From NCBI GenBank assembly GCA_963797555.1, contig CAWCPV010000014.1, positions 160,001 through 224,000 on the forward strand: a DNA stretch of 64,000 nucleotides, given 5' to 3'. Shown piece by piece: positions 11,073 to 21,488 of the stretch. The notes under the pieces were generated by a model. The model worked only from the letters and a program-made list of their open reading frames with translations. It searched no databases and was not told where the DNA came from. A program made the position numbers and the translations under genes. Source of the stretch: an uncultured Gammaproteobacteria bacterium. GTDB lineage: Bacteria; Pseudomonadota; Gammaproteobacteria; CAWCPV01. Positions within the stretch are counted from its first letter, which is position 1. The number at the start of each line of letters is the position of its first letter.

Positions 11073-11732
11073 CTATTCGTCCTTGAACCCCACCGCCCAG
11101 TGGCTCCCGTCGCAGAAGGGCTTGTTCTTGGAGGAGCCGCAGCGGCAGAGGGTGTAGTGCTCCAGCGAAGCGCCCTCACCGCGCGCTTGGCCGAGCAGCT
11201 CGATGCCGCCCGTGACTGCGTACGGCCCGTTGCGGGTGGCGGTGACCATCGGCTCGCGGTCCTGGTCCCGGTGCTCCACGCCGCCGACGGAATAGCTGAG
11301 CGCCCCCGAAGGACACCTGCGCACGATCCGGATGATTTCCTCCACCGTGGCACCGTCGGGGTCGATCCAAGGCTCCTCGCCCATGCGGAATACCTGCTTC
11401 AGATGCTCGGTGCAAAACCCCGCGTGAGAGCAGATACCGCGGTTGTCGTGGATGGTGATGCCCCGGCCTGGGTAATCGACCCGTTTGTTTGCGTTTCCGT
11501 CCGTAAGCTTCTTGTCACTGAACCCGTTGATGCTGTGGGTGCCATCGCAAAACGGCTTGTTCTTGGAGCCGCCGCAACGGCAGAGCGCCGCGCCTTTGAC
11601 GTTGGCGCAGGCTTGCCCGTTCCACCTGCGCAGATAGGGCACCGGCGCGGGGTCCAGATCGTACAGCAGATAGTAAGGCCCGTTGGGCACGCAGGCGATC
11701 TTGGGCTTTGCGGGAGCGTCGTCGACACTCAT
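11073..11732 (-). CDS. CDGSH iron-sulfur protein (two CDGSH domains around a ferredoxin-like domain)
   Basis: LCRCGGSKNKPFCDGTH; CSHAGFC..CPSGAL; LCRCGSSKNKPFCDGSH. Confidence 0.92.
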   Translation of the reverse strand: MSVDDAPAKPKIACVPNGPYYLLYDLDPAPVPYLRRWNGQACANVKGAALCRCGGSKNKPFCDGTHSINGFSDKKLTDGNANKRVDYPGRGITIHDNRGICSHAGFCTEHLKQVFRMGEEPWIDPDGATVEEIIRIVRRCPSGALSYSVGGVEHRDQDREPMVTATRNGPYAVTGGIELLGQARGEGASLEHYTLCRCGSSKNKPFCDGSHWAVGFKDE

Positions 11733-11817
11733 GTGCAGTCTCCGTGAGTAGTTCAAGGGATGCCGCCGGTGCTCCGGACGGGCTATCGCGTCTGACGCCA
11801 GCTCTGCAGGCGTGTTT

Positions 11818-12165
11818 TCAGCCCTTGGGCGTAATCTTGCCGGTGAATGACTGGGCTGCGACCTTGCCATCCCGCACGACGAACGTGTCCGTTCCCATCT
11901 CGTACACGTTCTCGGCAGTCTCGGCCGTCCACAGAATGTAGGCATAGTCGCCCTCGACGAACCGCTGCGTCATGCTGAACGTCGCGCCAGGTTTCCCAAA
12001 CTCCGCCAACATCGCTTGGAACAACGACCTAATCGCGTCGGCTCTGAGCGGTCCGTTCGGCGTGAACAGGACGGCACCCGGCGCATAGTCAGATAGGATG
12101 CCCGCGAGGTCGCCTTCGTCAAAACACTTCAAGTGGTGGTCTAGAACCTCTTTCGTCGAAGCCAT
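11818..12165 (-). CDS. SnoaL/NTF2-like protein
   Basis: EVLDHHLKCFDEGDLAGILSDYAPGAV..GTDTFVVRDGKV. Confidence 0.85.
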   Translation of the reverse strand: MASTKEVLDHHLKCFDEGDLAGILSDYAPGAVLFTPNGPLRADAIRSLFQAMLAEFGKPGATFSMTQRFVEGDYAYILWTAETAENVYEMGTDTFVVRDGKVAAQSFTGKITPKG

Positions 12166-12307
12166 TTCACGGTCGTCCTGTGTTAGCGGTACCACTTTGC
12201 GGGCTTTCGGGAGAAAACGTCCAGTAGTCAGGATGACTTCTCTGCCATCAGGCGCTTGCGGGTCGCCAAGGAGTGATGATGGGGGACCAAGGCGGACGCA
12301 GCGCGGG

Positions 12308-12775
12308 TCAACGCCGGCCTCCGCCACCATGTCCACCCCCTCCCCAGTGTCCACCACCTCCCCAGTGTCCGCCACCTCCCCAGTGTCCGCCACCTCCCCA
12401 GTGTCCGCCACTGCCCAAGTTTCCACCACCGCCCCAGTGTCCAGCACCACCCAAGGTTCCACCACCACCCCAGTATCCGCCACCGCCCCAGGGTCGACCA
12501 CCACCCCAGTGTCCAGCATCACCCCAGTGTCGGCCACCGCCCCAGTGTCCACCACCGCCCCAGTGTCCACCACCGCCCCAGTGGCCGTAGCCTCCTGGGG
12601 CGAAGACGACGCCGAGGCTCGGCCAGTCGTAGCCATAGTTGTAGAAATAGCCCGGCTCGGAGTACCCATAGTCGGAGTAACCGTAGCCGTCATACGGGCC
12701 AGGTCCGGTGGGGACCGCCACGCATCCGGAAAGAACAGCAGCAACGGTGACCAGCAATATTCGGAGGGGTCTCAT
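12308..12775 (-). CDS. Gly-rich lipoprotein with GGGGHW repeats
   Basis: Lipobox VLSGC, Tyr-rich linker, about 15 hexapeptide repeats. Confidence 0.75.
   Translation of the reverse strand: MRPLRILLVTVAAVLSGCVAVPTGPGPYDGYGYSDYGYSEPGYFYNYGYDWPSLGVVFAPGGYGHWGGGGHWGGGGHWGGGRHWGDAGHWGGGRPWGGGGYWGGGGTLGGAGHWGGGGNLGSGGHWGGGGHWGGGGHWGGGGHWGGGGHGGGGRR
12320..12590. repeat. 18-bp tandem repeat
   Basis: Unit approximately ccccagtgtcc(a/g)ccacc(t/g), about 15 degenerate copies. Confidence 0.9.
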
Positions 12776-12974
12776 GACAGGCTCCGGGGTTCCAGACTTC
12801 ATATAGAATGCGACACGGACGCAAGGCCGCCGGTTCCATCCCCTCGGTGCAGCAACTTGCCGTTGCGCCAACCGCAGCGCCGCCGACGCCTTGGCCAACA
12901 CCCCGGAGAGATCGGGAGCACGAAGCGAACCTGCGGACACGACGCCTGTCAACGCGGCCATGTCCGCCGGGGGG

Positions 12975-13326
12975 GGTTGACGATCCGGCTGGAGTGCATC
13001 GACGCCCCGGAACTTCGTCAAAACTCACGACAAGCGCTCGAAGGAGACTTTCGCGAACTTGGTATTCGGTCGTAGCGTCCGGGTAGAAGACCACGGCCGG
13101 GACCGCTACGGTCGGCTGCTCGGGCGGGTGCGCTACCGGGATCTCGACGTGAATCTGGAGCTGGTCAGGGAGGGTGCGGCATGGGTGTATGTGCGGTACT
13201 GCCACGATCCTGAGCTGTACCGGCTGCAGAAGGAGGCCAGGAGGCGCACAGGGGCCTGTGGGGGCTGCCGGAGGCGCAGAGGGTCGCGCCGTGGGAGTGG
13301 AGGCATCATGCGCGGGAGACGCGCTG
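12975..13326 (+). pseudogene. Thermonuclease (SNase), frameshifted and 5'-degenerate
   Basis: IRLECIDAPELRQ..GRDRYGRLLGRV..DVNLELVREGAAWVY..GLW..QRVAPWEWR. Confidence 0.85.
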
Positions 13327-13470
13327 ACTGACACCCCTTGCTTCGATCCGCTCACGCGGACTGTGGGTGCTGTGGGAGGCCGGGGGAAAGAAACCGCGGC
13401 GGACCCGATTAGCTCTCTTTTTCGATGACCGCTTCCGACCCACAACCGCCATTCGCGTCCGGCACGACAT
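13276..13470 (+). repeat. SNase-tail + spacer + palindrome module, copy 3
   Basis: Palindrome atgaccgcttccgacccacaaccgccatt (13425-13453); the next 17 bp are shared with copy 2. Confidence 0.8.
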
Positions 13471-13815
13471 CCGCAGAACGGTGGCGGAGCACCCACTCTG
13501 AACCCAAGAAAGTGTGTTCCCGGCGGACATTCAACGACGATAGCTTGACCCGCCCCAAGAGACCGCTGACCCGGACCCTTGCCTTCGCCCGGCGGAATAT
13601 CGGCCGGAGTTGGCCTGCGAGTTGATCAGAGGGTGACTTGGCAGTCCCCAAGGGGCTGCCGGAATACTTCGCCTGCCCAACCCAGATCCTTCTCGACCTG
13701 GCACCCACTTCCTCCCGCACTCTGTGCCCGGCAGAATGTATTAGTATCATGTGATATCCTTATCAATAGGAACCTCCGTCAACGGGAGCAACAAACCTAC
13801 TGGGAGGACACGGTC

Positions 13816-14091
13816 ATGACTACGCTGATTATTGCTGTTGCCACTCTTTTCATCGTCGGTATCGCGTCGTACAGCCTGTTCCGCGACTCTGACCCGTTTG
13901 CCAGCCACCGCAGGGCGATGCACCGCGCCGGGTTTACCTTCGTCAGTTCGGCGCCTAACGCAAGCACAAAGCCCAAGCCCTATGAAGGCGGGGGCCGGGA
14001 GCGTCTGCACGCTGAGGGCTGGGAGCCGAGGACACTGAATCTCACCGACCAAGGGTGGGCGAACCGTCGTCGGAGCAAGGCCGCGATGTAG
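13816..14091 (+). CDS. Small membrane-anchored hypothetical protein
   Basis: RBS ggagg, N-terminal TM helix, followed by a terminator. Confidence 0.55.
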   Translation: MTTLIIAVATLFIVGIASYSLFRDSDPFASHRRAMHRAGFTFVSSAPNASTKPKPYEGGGRERLHAEGWEPRTLNLTDQGWANRRRSKAAM

Positions 14092-14156
14092 CGCTCCTTG
14101 CGCCCCGAGAGACCTCGTACCCACCCGTGGCGTGCACGCTCAATGCGGCGCACCAG

Positions 14157-14182
14157 CGGCTCCTTCGGGAGCCGTTTTTTTT
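14157..14182 (+). terminator. Rho-independent terminator
   Basis: cggctcc-ttcg-ggagccg + T8. Confidence 0.85.
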
Positions 14183-14501
14183 GGGGAGTCAGGCGGTACA
14201 CTGGGTCAGACCGTGAGAAGCCGCTACGAAGTCGTCCACTGCAACTGGTACAACGCCCGACAGAATCGAGTGAGGCAGGAGAAAGGGCAGCCCCGTGTGC
14301 AACATGGGTGAGTTGGTCCCCCTGATCGCGTGGTGGACCGCCTGGGCCGTCGTTCGAGCGGGTGAGCGCCGTCCGTTCCCAGGCACCTCGGGCGGCGGCC
14401 TGTTGCCGGAGGCAGGCGAGGTAGTCTGCGCCAACAGCAGCGTCGGCGGACTTACTGTTGCCACCCGTGAGATCGTCCCGAGCCCCAAATAGCCGCTTCT
14501 G

Positions 14502-15713
14502 TTAAGGGTTATCAGATGCCTACCGCCGTAGAGGCGATCGAGAGACGCTGCGCTGGAAGGTGGCTTTGGAGCTGCTGCTTACCGTGGTCGGCGGTAGGCG
14601 TCTGATAAGCCTCGGGGGAGGAAACCGCGGGGGGCGAACGATGAGGCCGGCAGCGGGAAGGCGCTATGGGGGGATTTGAATGGAACCTATGGGTCGCAGA
14701 GGGGGTGGGTGGGACGGTGCAGGAGAGGTGTGCAGAGTGCTGCGCGCAGGGAGTGGCACCGACGCCACGCCGGCCCGTGGTCGCGGAAGATGTCCGCGAC
14801 CTCCAAGGCCTGCCGCGGCACAGCTCAGGTGCGCGGCGGCTCCTGTGGCGTCAGCCGCTCCAGGGGACTGGTGACCTCACGCAGGGTGCGGGTGGCCACC
14901 CGGGCATAGAGCGCGGTGGTCTCCAGCTTCTTGTGCCCGAGCAGCACCTGGATGACACGGATGTCCTCCCGGTGCTCGAGCAGATGGGTAAGCTATGTCT
15001 GAGAGTATGCAGCGACACCCGCTTGGCGATCCCGGCCTCAGCGGCGGCGGTGTGGCAGGCGCGGTTGAGTTGGCGGGTCGACATCGGATCGAGCGGGTCC
15101 TGGCCGGGGAAGAGCCAGCCGTGGGGCAGCATCTTGCCGTGCACATGCGCCTCACACCACCCTTGGCGCAGCAGCGCGAGCAAGGTCGGGGAGAGCATCA
15201 CGTAGCGGTCCTTGCGCCCCTTGCCTTGTTCAACGCGGATCACCATCCGCTCGCTGTCGATATCGTCGACCTTGAGCGCCACCACCTCCGAGGTGCGCAG
15301 CCCCGCCCCGTAGGCCACCGCCAGCGCCGCCTTGTACTTCAGCCCCGGCGCCGCCTCCAGCAGGCGCATGACCTCCTCGGGGCTTAACACCACCGGGAGT
15401 TTGCGCGGCACTCGCACATGGCTCATCTTCGCCATCAGCTCGCCACGCCCGAGGGTCACCTCGCAGAAAAACCGCAGCGCCGTCACCGCCGCGTTCAGAC
15501 TGATTCGGGAAACACCGCTCTCGGTCAAGTGCAGCTGGTAGCGGCGCAGGTCCTCCGCTGTCGCGGTATCCGGGGAACGCCCAAGAAAGCGCGTGAAGCT
15601 CTTCACCCAGCGGATATAGTGGCTCTGGGTCTTCTCTGCGAGAGCTTGCGCAGGCGCATGTCCTCGATCATGCGCTGACGCAACGGGCTCACCGGTTTAT
15701 GCTCGATACTCAT
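14502..15713 (-). mobile_element. Internally deleted tyrosine recombinase + IS91-like transposase element
   Basis: Integrase, first ~21 codons of the transposase (VPRQALEVADIFRDHGPAWRR, 14821-14759), oriIS-like motif and terminal 20-bp inverted repeat (14509-14528 / 14589-14608). Confidence 0.75.
14825..15713 (-). CDS. Tyrosine recombinase of the IS91-associated type (frameshifted)
   Basis: SPLRQRMIEDMRLR..GRSPDTATAEDLRRYQLHL; YGAGLRTSE; GKGRKDR; HTLRHS; LLGH..ETTALY. Confidence 0.9.
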
Positions 15714-15724
15714 GGGTCTGCTCC

Positions 15725-15810
15725 GACGGCTTCCGGGTGCGCCACTGGGTGTTTCCCGGTAATGCGGTGGATGTCAGCACGGTCGAGCAGATCAAGCGCG
15801 ATCTCGCAGC
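15725..15810 (+). pseudogene. IS1634-type transposase fragment
   Basis: DGFRVRHWVFPGNAVDVSTVEQIKRDL. Confidence 0.6.
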
Positions 15811-16257
15811 GAGTGACTGTTCTTGGCCGGTTCCGGTCACTGGAGCCGCTGTGGGCAGCGATCCCTGAAGCTGGAGGCGAGAAGGCGGTTTCGAGGCGCC
15901 CCGTGCACGCCCCGTCCCGACGTGGGGGGGCATCCGGGCATACCGGGGGCGGGCATGGGTATGCAGCGCGTAGCCCGAACGGTGGGGTCGGCGTATCGGT
16001 GGTAGCGGAGTTGAGAGCATCCTGGCGACCGCTCGGAGGCGAGGGCTCTCGAACCCGACAGCCTGCGGTCCCCCGCTTGAACAAGGGAAGTCGACTTCAC
16101 AGTGCGATCGGCACCCTGTACAATCGGTCAGCCTTTCGTGAACCGCAGTGTCTCCCTCGCCTTCACCGGGCTTGCGGATGCCGGCCCAGCGCGCGGAGTC
16201 TCGAACATTCCGGAGCAAACTCAAGTCGCCGAGGTGACCTCGTCGGTATCATCCGAG

Positions 16258-16920
16258 ATGGCCGTTGCGCCGCACGACGAGCGGGCCCCGGAGGCGGTCG
16301 AGCCGGTGCCTCTGGAGGTGCAGGACCTGGAATGCGAGCGCGGCGACCGAACCCTGTTCAGCGGGCTAGGTTTTCGGGTCGGGCGCGGAGAGGTCCTCCA
16401 AGTGGAGGGTGCCAATGGCAGCGGCAAGACCAGCTTGCTGCGCATCCTCTGCGGTCTGGCGCTGCCCACGCAGGGCGAGGTGCTCTGGCGGGGGACGGAC
16501 ATCCAGCGCGTCCGCTCCCAATACTTCGCAGATCTCGCCTATTTGGGGCACGTGCCCGGGGTGAAGGAGGATCTGACCCCGCTGGAAAACCTGCGCATGG
16601 CCCGTGTCCTGGGGCGCGCTCGCGATGACCTCTCGCTGGACGAGGCGCTGGAGCGGATGGGGCTTTTCGGCTTCGAGGATGTCCCGGCGCGCACGCTGTC
16701 TGCCGGGCAGCGGCGGCGTGTGGCGCTGGCGCGGCTCCTGGTGCGCCAGGCCGGACTGTGGGTCCTCGACGAGCCGTTTACGGCCCTCGACCGAAAGGGG
16801 CGAGAGAAAGTCGAGAGCATGCTGGCCGATCATACGCAGCGCGGAGGCACGGCGGTCATCAGCACCCACCACGCGATCAACCTCGCTCGCTGCCGTGTCA
16901 CGCATCTGCATCTGGCGTGA
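16258..16920 (+). CDS. ccmA: Cytochrome c biogenesis ATPase CcmA
   Basis: GANGSGKTSLLRILCGL; LSAGQRRRVALARL; LDEPFTALD. Confidence 0.95.
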   Translation: MAVAPHDERAPEAVEPVPLEVQDLECERGDRTLFSGLGFRVGRGEVLQVEGANGSGKTSLLRILCGLALPTQGEVLWRGTDIQRVRSQYFADLAYLGHVPGVKEDLTPLENLRMARVLGRARDDLSLDEALERMGLFGFEDVPARTLSAGQRRRVALARLLVRQAGLWVLDEPFTALDRKGREKVESMLADHTQRGGTAVISTHHAINLARCRVTHLHLA

Positions 16921-17600
16921 ACGAGCCGAAGCTTCTCTCCGCTTTCTTCCTGCTGTTGCAACGGGATCTCACTTTAGCCTTCCGTCACCGCAGCGAGCTG
17001 GCGAATCCGCTCATCTTCTTCGTGATGGTGGTCAGCCTCTTTCCTCTGGGGCTGGGTCCCGAGCAAAGCATCCTGCAGCGCATCGCTCCTGGGGTGATAT
17101 GGGTGGCGGCGCTGCTCGCGGCGCTGCTGTCGCTGGATACTATCTTTCGCTCGGATTTCGAGGACGGGTCCCTGGAGCAGCTATTGCTGAGCCCCCACCC
17201 GGCATCGGCCCTGGTGATCGCCAAGGTGATCGCCCACTGGCTGGTAACCGGTCTGCCGCTCCTGGTGCTGGCGCCCCTGCTCGGTGTCTTGTTCCATTTG
17301 CCCGGCGCGGCCACGGTGACCCTGGTGCTGACCCTGGCGCTGGGGACTCCGGTGCTCAGCCTGGTAGGGGCCATCGGCGTCGCTCTGACCGTGGCGCTGA
17401 AACGCGGCGGGGTGCTGTTGTCATTGCTGCTCCTGCCGTTGTATATTCCGGTATTGATTTTCGCCGCGAGCGCAGTGGATAGCGCGAGCGGCGGTCTTCC
17501 CGCAACGGCACAGCTTTCTTTCCTGGGTGCGCTCCTGGCTCTCTCGCTGACCCTCGCACCGCTGGCGTCGGCCGCGGCTTTACGCATCAGCCTGGGCTGA
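16917..17600 (+). CDS. ccmB: CcmB permease
   Basis: FPLGLGPE..IAPGVIWVAALLA; DFEDGSLEQLLLS; LPLYIPVLIF. Confidence 0.95.
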   Translation: MNEPKLLSAFFLLLQRDLTLAFRHRSELANPLIFFVMVVSLFPLGLGPEQSILQRIAPGVIWVAALLAALLSLDTIFRSDFEDGSLEQLLLSPHPASALVIAKVIAHWLVTGLPLLVLAPLLGVLFHLPGAATVTLVLTLALGTPVLSLVGAIGVALTVALKRGGVLLSLLLLPLYIPVLIFAASAVDSASGGLPATAQLSFLGALLALSLTLAPLASAAALRISLG

Positions 17601-17604
17601 GCAC

Positions 17605-18342
17605 ATGTGGCAGTTTTTCCATAGACTGGCGTCGCCCAAGTACTTCTACGACATCTCCGGACGCCTCATACCCTGGTTCGGGGGAGCTGCGCTGCTGCTC
17701 ATGGTGACGGGGTTGTATCTGGGGCTGTTCGTCGCGCCGCCGGACTACCAGCAGGGAGAGAGCTACCGGATTATGTTCATCCACGTGCCGAGCGCGTGGA
17801 TGTCGCTGTTCATCTACGTCGTGATGGCTACAGCCGGCGCTATCGGGCTCATCTGGAAGATCAAGCTCGCCGACGTGATAGCGGCCTCGAGCGCCCCGTT
17901 GGGAGCCTCTTTCACGTTTTTGGCTCTGGTGACCGGCTCCCTGTGGGGCAAGCCCATGTGGGGGACGTACTGGGTGTGGGACGCGCGGCTGACTTCGGAA
18001 CTTATCCTGCTGTTCCTTTACTTAGGATTCATGGCGCTGCAGTCCGCCATCGAGGACAAGCGCACGGCGGCCCGGGCCGGCGCGGTGCTGGCGCTGGTGG
18101 GCGTGGTGAACATTCCCATCATCCACTTCTCGGTGGAGTGGTGGAACACCCTCCATCAAGGCCCCACGGTCACCAAGTTCGGCGCTCCGTCCATCGCCAT
18201 CTCCATGCTGATCCCACTACTGGTGATGGCCGTCGCATTCATGCTCTACTACGCCACCACGGTGCTCATGCGTGCGCGAGGCGAGGTGCTCGATCGCGAG
18301 CGCAGCAGCAGTTGGGTCCAGGAACTGGTCGCGGCGCTGTGA
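17605..18342 (+). CDS. ccmA-operon ccmC: CcmC
   Basis: WWD motif WGKPMWGTYWVWDARLTS; WWNTLHQ. Confidence 0.95.
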   Translation: MWQFFHRLASPKYFYDISGRLIPWFGGAALLLMVTGLYLGLFVAPPDYQQGESYRIMFIHVPSAWMSLFIYVVMATAGAIGLIWKIKLADVIAASSAPLGASFTFLALVTGSLWGKPMWGTYWVWDARLTSELILLFLYLGFMALQSAIEDKRTAARAGAVLALVGVVNIPIIHFSVEWWNTLHQGPTVTKFGAPSIAISMLIPLLVMAVAFMLYYATTVLMRARGEVLDRERSSSWVQELVAAL

Positions 18343-18512
18343 CGGCCACGCAGTTCTTCCACATGGGGGGCTACGCCTTCTACGTATGGACGTCCTACGG
18401 ACTGGCCTTCATCGTGCTGCTGATCAACATCCTGTTACCGTGGCGCCACGAACGGCGCCTGCTCAGGGAGATTGCGCGCAAGACGAGGCGCGCTAGGAGG
18501 AGGGTAGAATGA
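18339..18512 (+). CDS. ccmD: CcmD
   Basis: [16 protein letters not shown], basic C-terminus, position between ccmC and ccmE. Confidence 0.9.
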   Translation: MTATQFFHMGGYAFYVWTSYGLAFIVLLINILLPWRHERRLLREIARKTRRARRRVE

Positions 18513-18964
18513 CTCCACGGCGGAGACGCATGCTTATCGTAGTGTTCATCGTGACCGGCATCAGCAGTGCGGCGGCGCTGGCGCTCAACGCCTTCCGCCA
18601 GAACCTGTTGTTCTTCTACAGTCCCACCCAGGTGGCGAACGGCGAGGCGCCGCCCGCGCATCTGATCCGCGTCGGCGGCCTGGTGACCAAGGGCAGCTTC
18701 AAACGCGACGGCGACGGCCTCACCGTGCATTTCGTCGTGACCGACACGGCGCACAGCGTTCCGGTCGTTTACAAGGGGATCCTGCCGGACTTGTTCCGGG
18801 AGGGGCAGGGCATCATCGCCCACGGGCGCCTGGACAAGGACGGGGTATTCGTCGCCTCCGAGGTCCTCGCGAAACACGACGAGAACTATATGCCGCCGGA
18901 GGTGGCTTCCGCGCTCAAGACCGCCAGCGCCAGCTCGGCCCACCTTTCGGGAGCCCGGCCATGA
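18509..18964 (+). CDS. ccmE: Heme chaperone CcmE
   Basis: [10 protein letters not shown]; [14 protein letters not shown]. Confidence 0.97.
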   Translation: MTPRRRRMLIVVFIVTGISSAAALALNAFRQNLLFFYSPTQVANGEAPPAHLIRVGGLVTKGSFKRDGDGLTVHFVVTDTAHSVPVVYKGILPDLFREGQGIIAHGRLDKDGVFVASEVLAKHDENYMPPEVASALKTASASSAHLSGARP

Positions 18965-20949
18965 TCCCGGAGATCGGCCACTTCTCCCTCATGCTGGCAC
19001 TCTGTTTGGCGCTCAGCCAGGCGTTCTTCCCCCTGGCGGGCTGGGCGTGGGGGCTGCCGGGCTGGATGGCGGTGGCGCGGCCCGCCGCGCGGGCTCAGTT
19101 CCTGTTCGTGGCGGTGGCCTTCGCCTGCTTGGCGTACGCATTCGTGACCAATGACTTCTCCGTCGCCTACGTGGCCGAGAACTCCAACAGCGCCCTGCCG
19201 TTGCCCTATCGGCTCGCGGCCATTTGGGGCGCCCACGAAGGCTCGCTATTGCTGTGGACTACGGTGCTGGGGATCTGGACGGTGGCGGTGACGGTGTTCA
19301 GCCGCAGCCTGCCACAAGACTTCGCCGCGCGAGTCATCGGGGTCATGGGGCTGGTCAGTATCGGCTTCCTGTTGTTCATGCTGACGACCTCGAGCCCGTT
19401 CGACCGGCTGGTGCCTGCCGCCCTGGACGGGCGCGACCTCAACCCACTGCTTCAGGACCCCGGCATGACCATGCATCCGCCCATGCTGTACATGGGCTAC
19501 GTCGGCTTCTCGGTGGCGTTCAGCTTCGCCATCGCGGCCTTGCTGGGCGGAGAGCTGGATGCGACTTGGGCGCGCTGGTCCAGGCCCTGGACCAATGTGG
19601 CGTGGATGTTTCTCACCATCGGCATCACCGGGGGTAGCTGGTGGGCGTACAACGAGCTGGGTTGGGGCGGCTGGTGGTTCTGGGATCCGGTGGAGAACGC
19701 CTCGTTCATGCCCTGGCTGGTGGGAACCGCGCTCATGCACTCCCTGGCGGTGACCGAAAAGCGCGGCGCGTTCAAGGCGTGGACCGTGCTGTTGGCCATC
19801 TTCGCCTTCTCTCTCAGCCTGCTTGGCACCTTCCTGGTGCGGTCGGGGGTGCTGGTATCGGTGCACGCCTTTGCGACCGACCCGGCACGGGGCCTCTTCA
19901 TACTGAGCTTTCTCGGGGTCGTGATCGGGGGATCGCTCATCCTGTATGCCTGGCGCGCCCCGGCTGTCTCAGGCGGCGGCAGCTTCGGCATGGTCTCGCG
20001 GGAAACCATGCTGCTCATTAACAACGTGCTGCTGGTGACGGCGGCGACCTCCATCCTGCTCGGAACTCTCTACCCCCTGGTGCTGGACGCCCTCGGGCTC
20101 GGCAAGATATCCGTGGGCCCGCCCTATTTCTCCGGCGTCTTCGTGCCGCTGATGGTGCCTCTCGCCTTGGTGTTGGGGATAGGCCCGCTGTCCCGCTGGA
20201 AGCACAACAACCCGGCGGAGCTGTTGCTCCGGCTGCGCTATGCCTTTGTGACGGCGCTGTTCATCAGCGTGCCTTTCCCGGCCGTGGCGATGGGCGAGTA
20301 CTCCTTCGGGGCGGTGCTCGGCATTGCGTTGGCTGCCTGGGTCATGTTCACCACGCTGCAGAACCTGAGGGCCCGGGTGGCCCAGAAGGAGACGCTGCGG
20401 GCCGGCCTGGCGGCGCTGCCCCGTGGCTTCTACGGGATGACGCTGGCGCATCTCGGGGTAGGTGTCTTCATCGTGGGCGTGACCCTCACCAGCATTTACA
20501 GCGCCGAGAAGGACGTGCGCCTCGCTCCCGGGGAGGCGGTGCAACTCGCCGGTTACAGCTTCAAGTTCGAGGGCGTGCGAGACACGACCGGCCCCAACTA
20601 CACGGCGTCGCGGGGCACCGTGCGCGTGTTCCACGGCGACGACCAGGTCGCCTTGCTGCATCCGGAGAAGCGGGTGTACCGCGTGCAGACAAACCCGATG
20701 ACGGAGTCGGCGATCGACGTGGGTGTGCTGCGGGACCTCTACGTCTCCCTGGGCGAGGACCTGGGCGGCGGGGCTTGGAGCGTGCGCGCGTATTTCAAGC
20801 CCTATATACGGTGGTTATGGTTCGGTCCGCTGCTGATGGCGCTCGGCGGACTCTTGGCGGCGAGCGACCGGCGCTACCGCGTGATGGCGAGAAGAGAGCG
20901 CGAAGCCTTGCGGCAAGGGGTGCCTCACGGTTTGGTCACGCAGGGTTAG
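18961..20949 (+). CDS. ccmF: Heme lyase CcmF
   Basis: [11 protein letters not shown]; [18 protein letters not shown]; SVHAFA. Confidence 0.97.
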   Translation: MIPEIGHFSLMLALCLALSQAFFPLAGWAWGLPGWMAVARPAARAQFLFVAVAFACLAYAFVTNDFSVAYVAENSNSALPLPYRLAAIWGAHEGSLLLWTTVLGIWTVAVTVFSRSLPQDFAARVIGVMGLVSIGFLLFMLTTSSPFDRLVPAALDGRDLNPLLQDPGMTMHPPMLYMGYVGFSVAFSFAIAALLGGELDATWARWSRPWTNVAWMFLTIGITGGSWWAYNELGWGGWWFWDPVENASFMPWLVGTALMHSLAVTEKRGAFKAWTVLLAIFAFSLSLLGTFLVRSGVLVSVHAFATDPARGLFILSFLGVVIGGSLILYAWRAPAVSGGGSFGMVSRETMLLINNVLLVTAATSILLGTLYPLVLDALGLGKISVGPPYFSGVFVPLMVPLALVLGIGPLSRWKHNNPAELLLRLRYAFVTALFISVPFPAVAMGEYSFGAVLGIALAAWVMFTTLQNLRARVAQKETLRAGLAALPRGFYGMTLAHLGVGVFIVGVTLTSIYSAEKDVRLAPGEAVQLAGYSFKFEGVRDTTGPNYTASRGTVRVFHGDDQVALLHPEKRVYRVQTNPMTESAIDVGVLRDLYVSLGEDLGGGAWSVRAYFKPYIRWLWFGPLLMALGGLLAASDRRYRVMARREREALRQGVPHGLVTQG

Positions 20950-20954
20950 CGGCG

Positions 20955-21488
20955 ATGGTGCGGTACGTCATTCCCCTCGTTCTTTTTGTGGTGCTGGTGG
21001 TGTTCTTGGCCGTGGGGTTGTCTCTCAACCCACGGCTGGTGCCGTCGCCCCTGATCGGCAAGCCTGCGCCGGCCTTCACCTTGCCGGAGGTGCAGGACCC
21101 TGCGAAGACCCTGAGCCGCCAGGACCTGCTCGGCAAGGTATCCCTGCTCAACGTATGGGCCTCCTGGTGCGTGTCCTGCAGGGCGGAGCATCCACTCCTC
21201 ATGGAGATCGCCCGCAGCGGCCAGGTGCAGGTCTATGGGCTGAACTACAAGGATCAGCGGCAGGACGCGCTGCGCTGGCTGCAAAGCTACGGCGACCCCT
21301 ATCTCGCCAGCGCCTTCGACGAGAACGGCCGAGTGGGGATCGACTGGGGGGTGTACGGCACCCCCGAAACATTTGTCGTGGACCGCAAGGGGACCATCCG
21401 TTACAAGGTCATCGGCCCGGTGACCGAGGAGGTCTGGGAGAAGGAGCTCCTGCCGTTGGTCAAGAAGCTGGACGCGGAGTCGGCATGA
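20955..21488 (+). CDS. ccmG: Thiol:disulfide interchange protein CcmG/DsbE
   Basis: NVWASWCVSCRAEHP; GVYGTPETF. Confidence 0.95.
   Translation: MVRYVIPLVLFVVLVVFLAVGLSLNPRLVPSPLIGKPAPAFTLPEVQDPAKTLSRQDLLGKVSLLNVWASWCVSCRAEHPLLMEIARSGQVQVYGLNYKDQRQDALRWLQSYGDPYLASAFDENGRVGIDWGVYGTPETFVVDRKGTIRYKVIGPVTEEVWEKELLPLVKKLDAESA

Noticed and set aside
12320-12590. Possible CRISPR array
   Set aside because: Contiguous 18-bp units without unique spacers; encodes an in-frame peptide repeat.
13749-13766. FNR/CRP box gtgatatccttatcaa
   Set aside because: Half-site spacing does not fit either consensus.
14825-15713. Integron integrase IntI
   Set aside because: No obvious IntI-specific insertion; the N-terminus and downstream transposase start match the IS91-associated type; no canonical attC seen.
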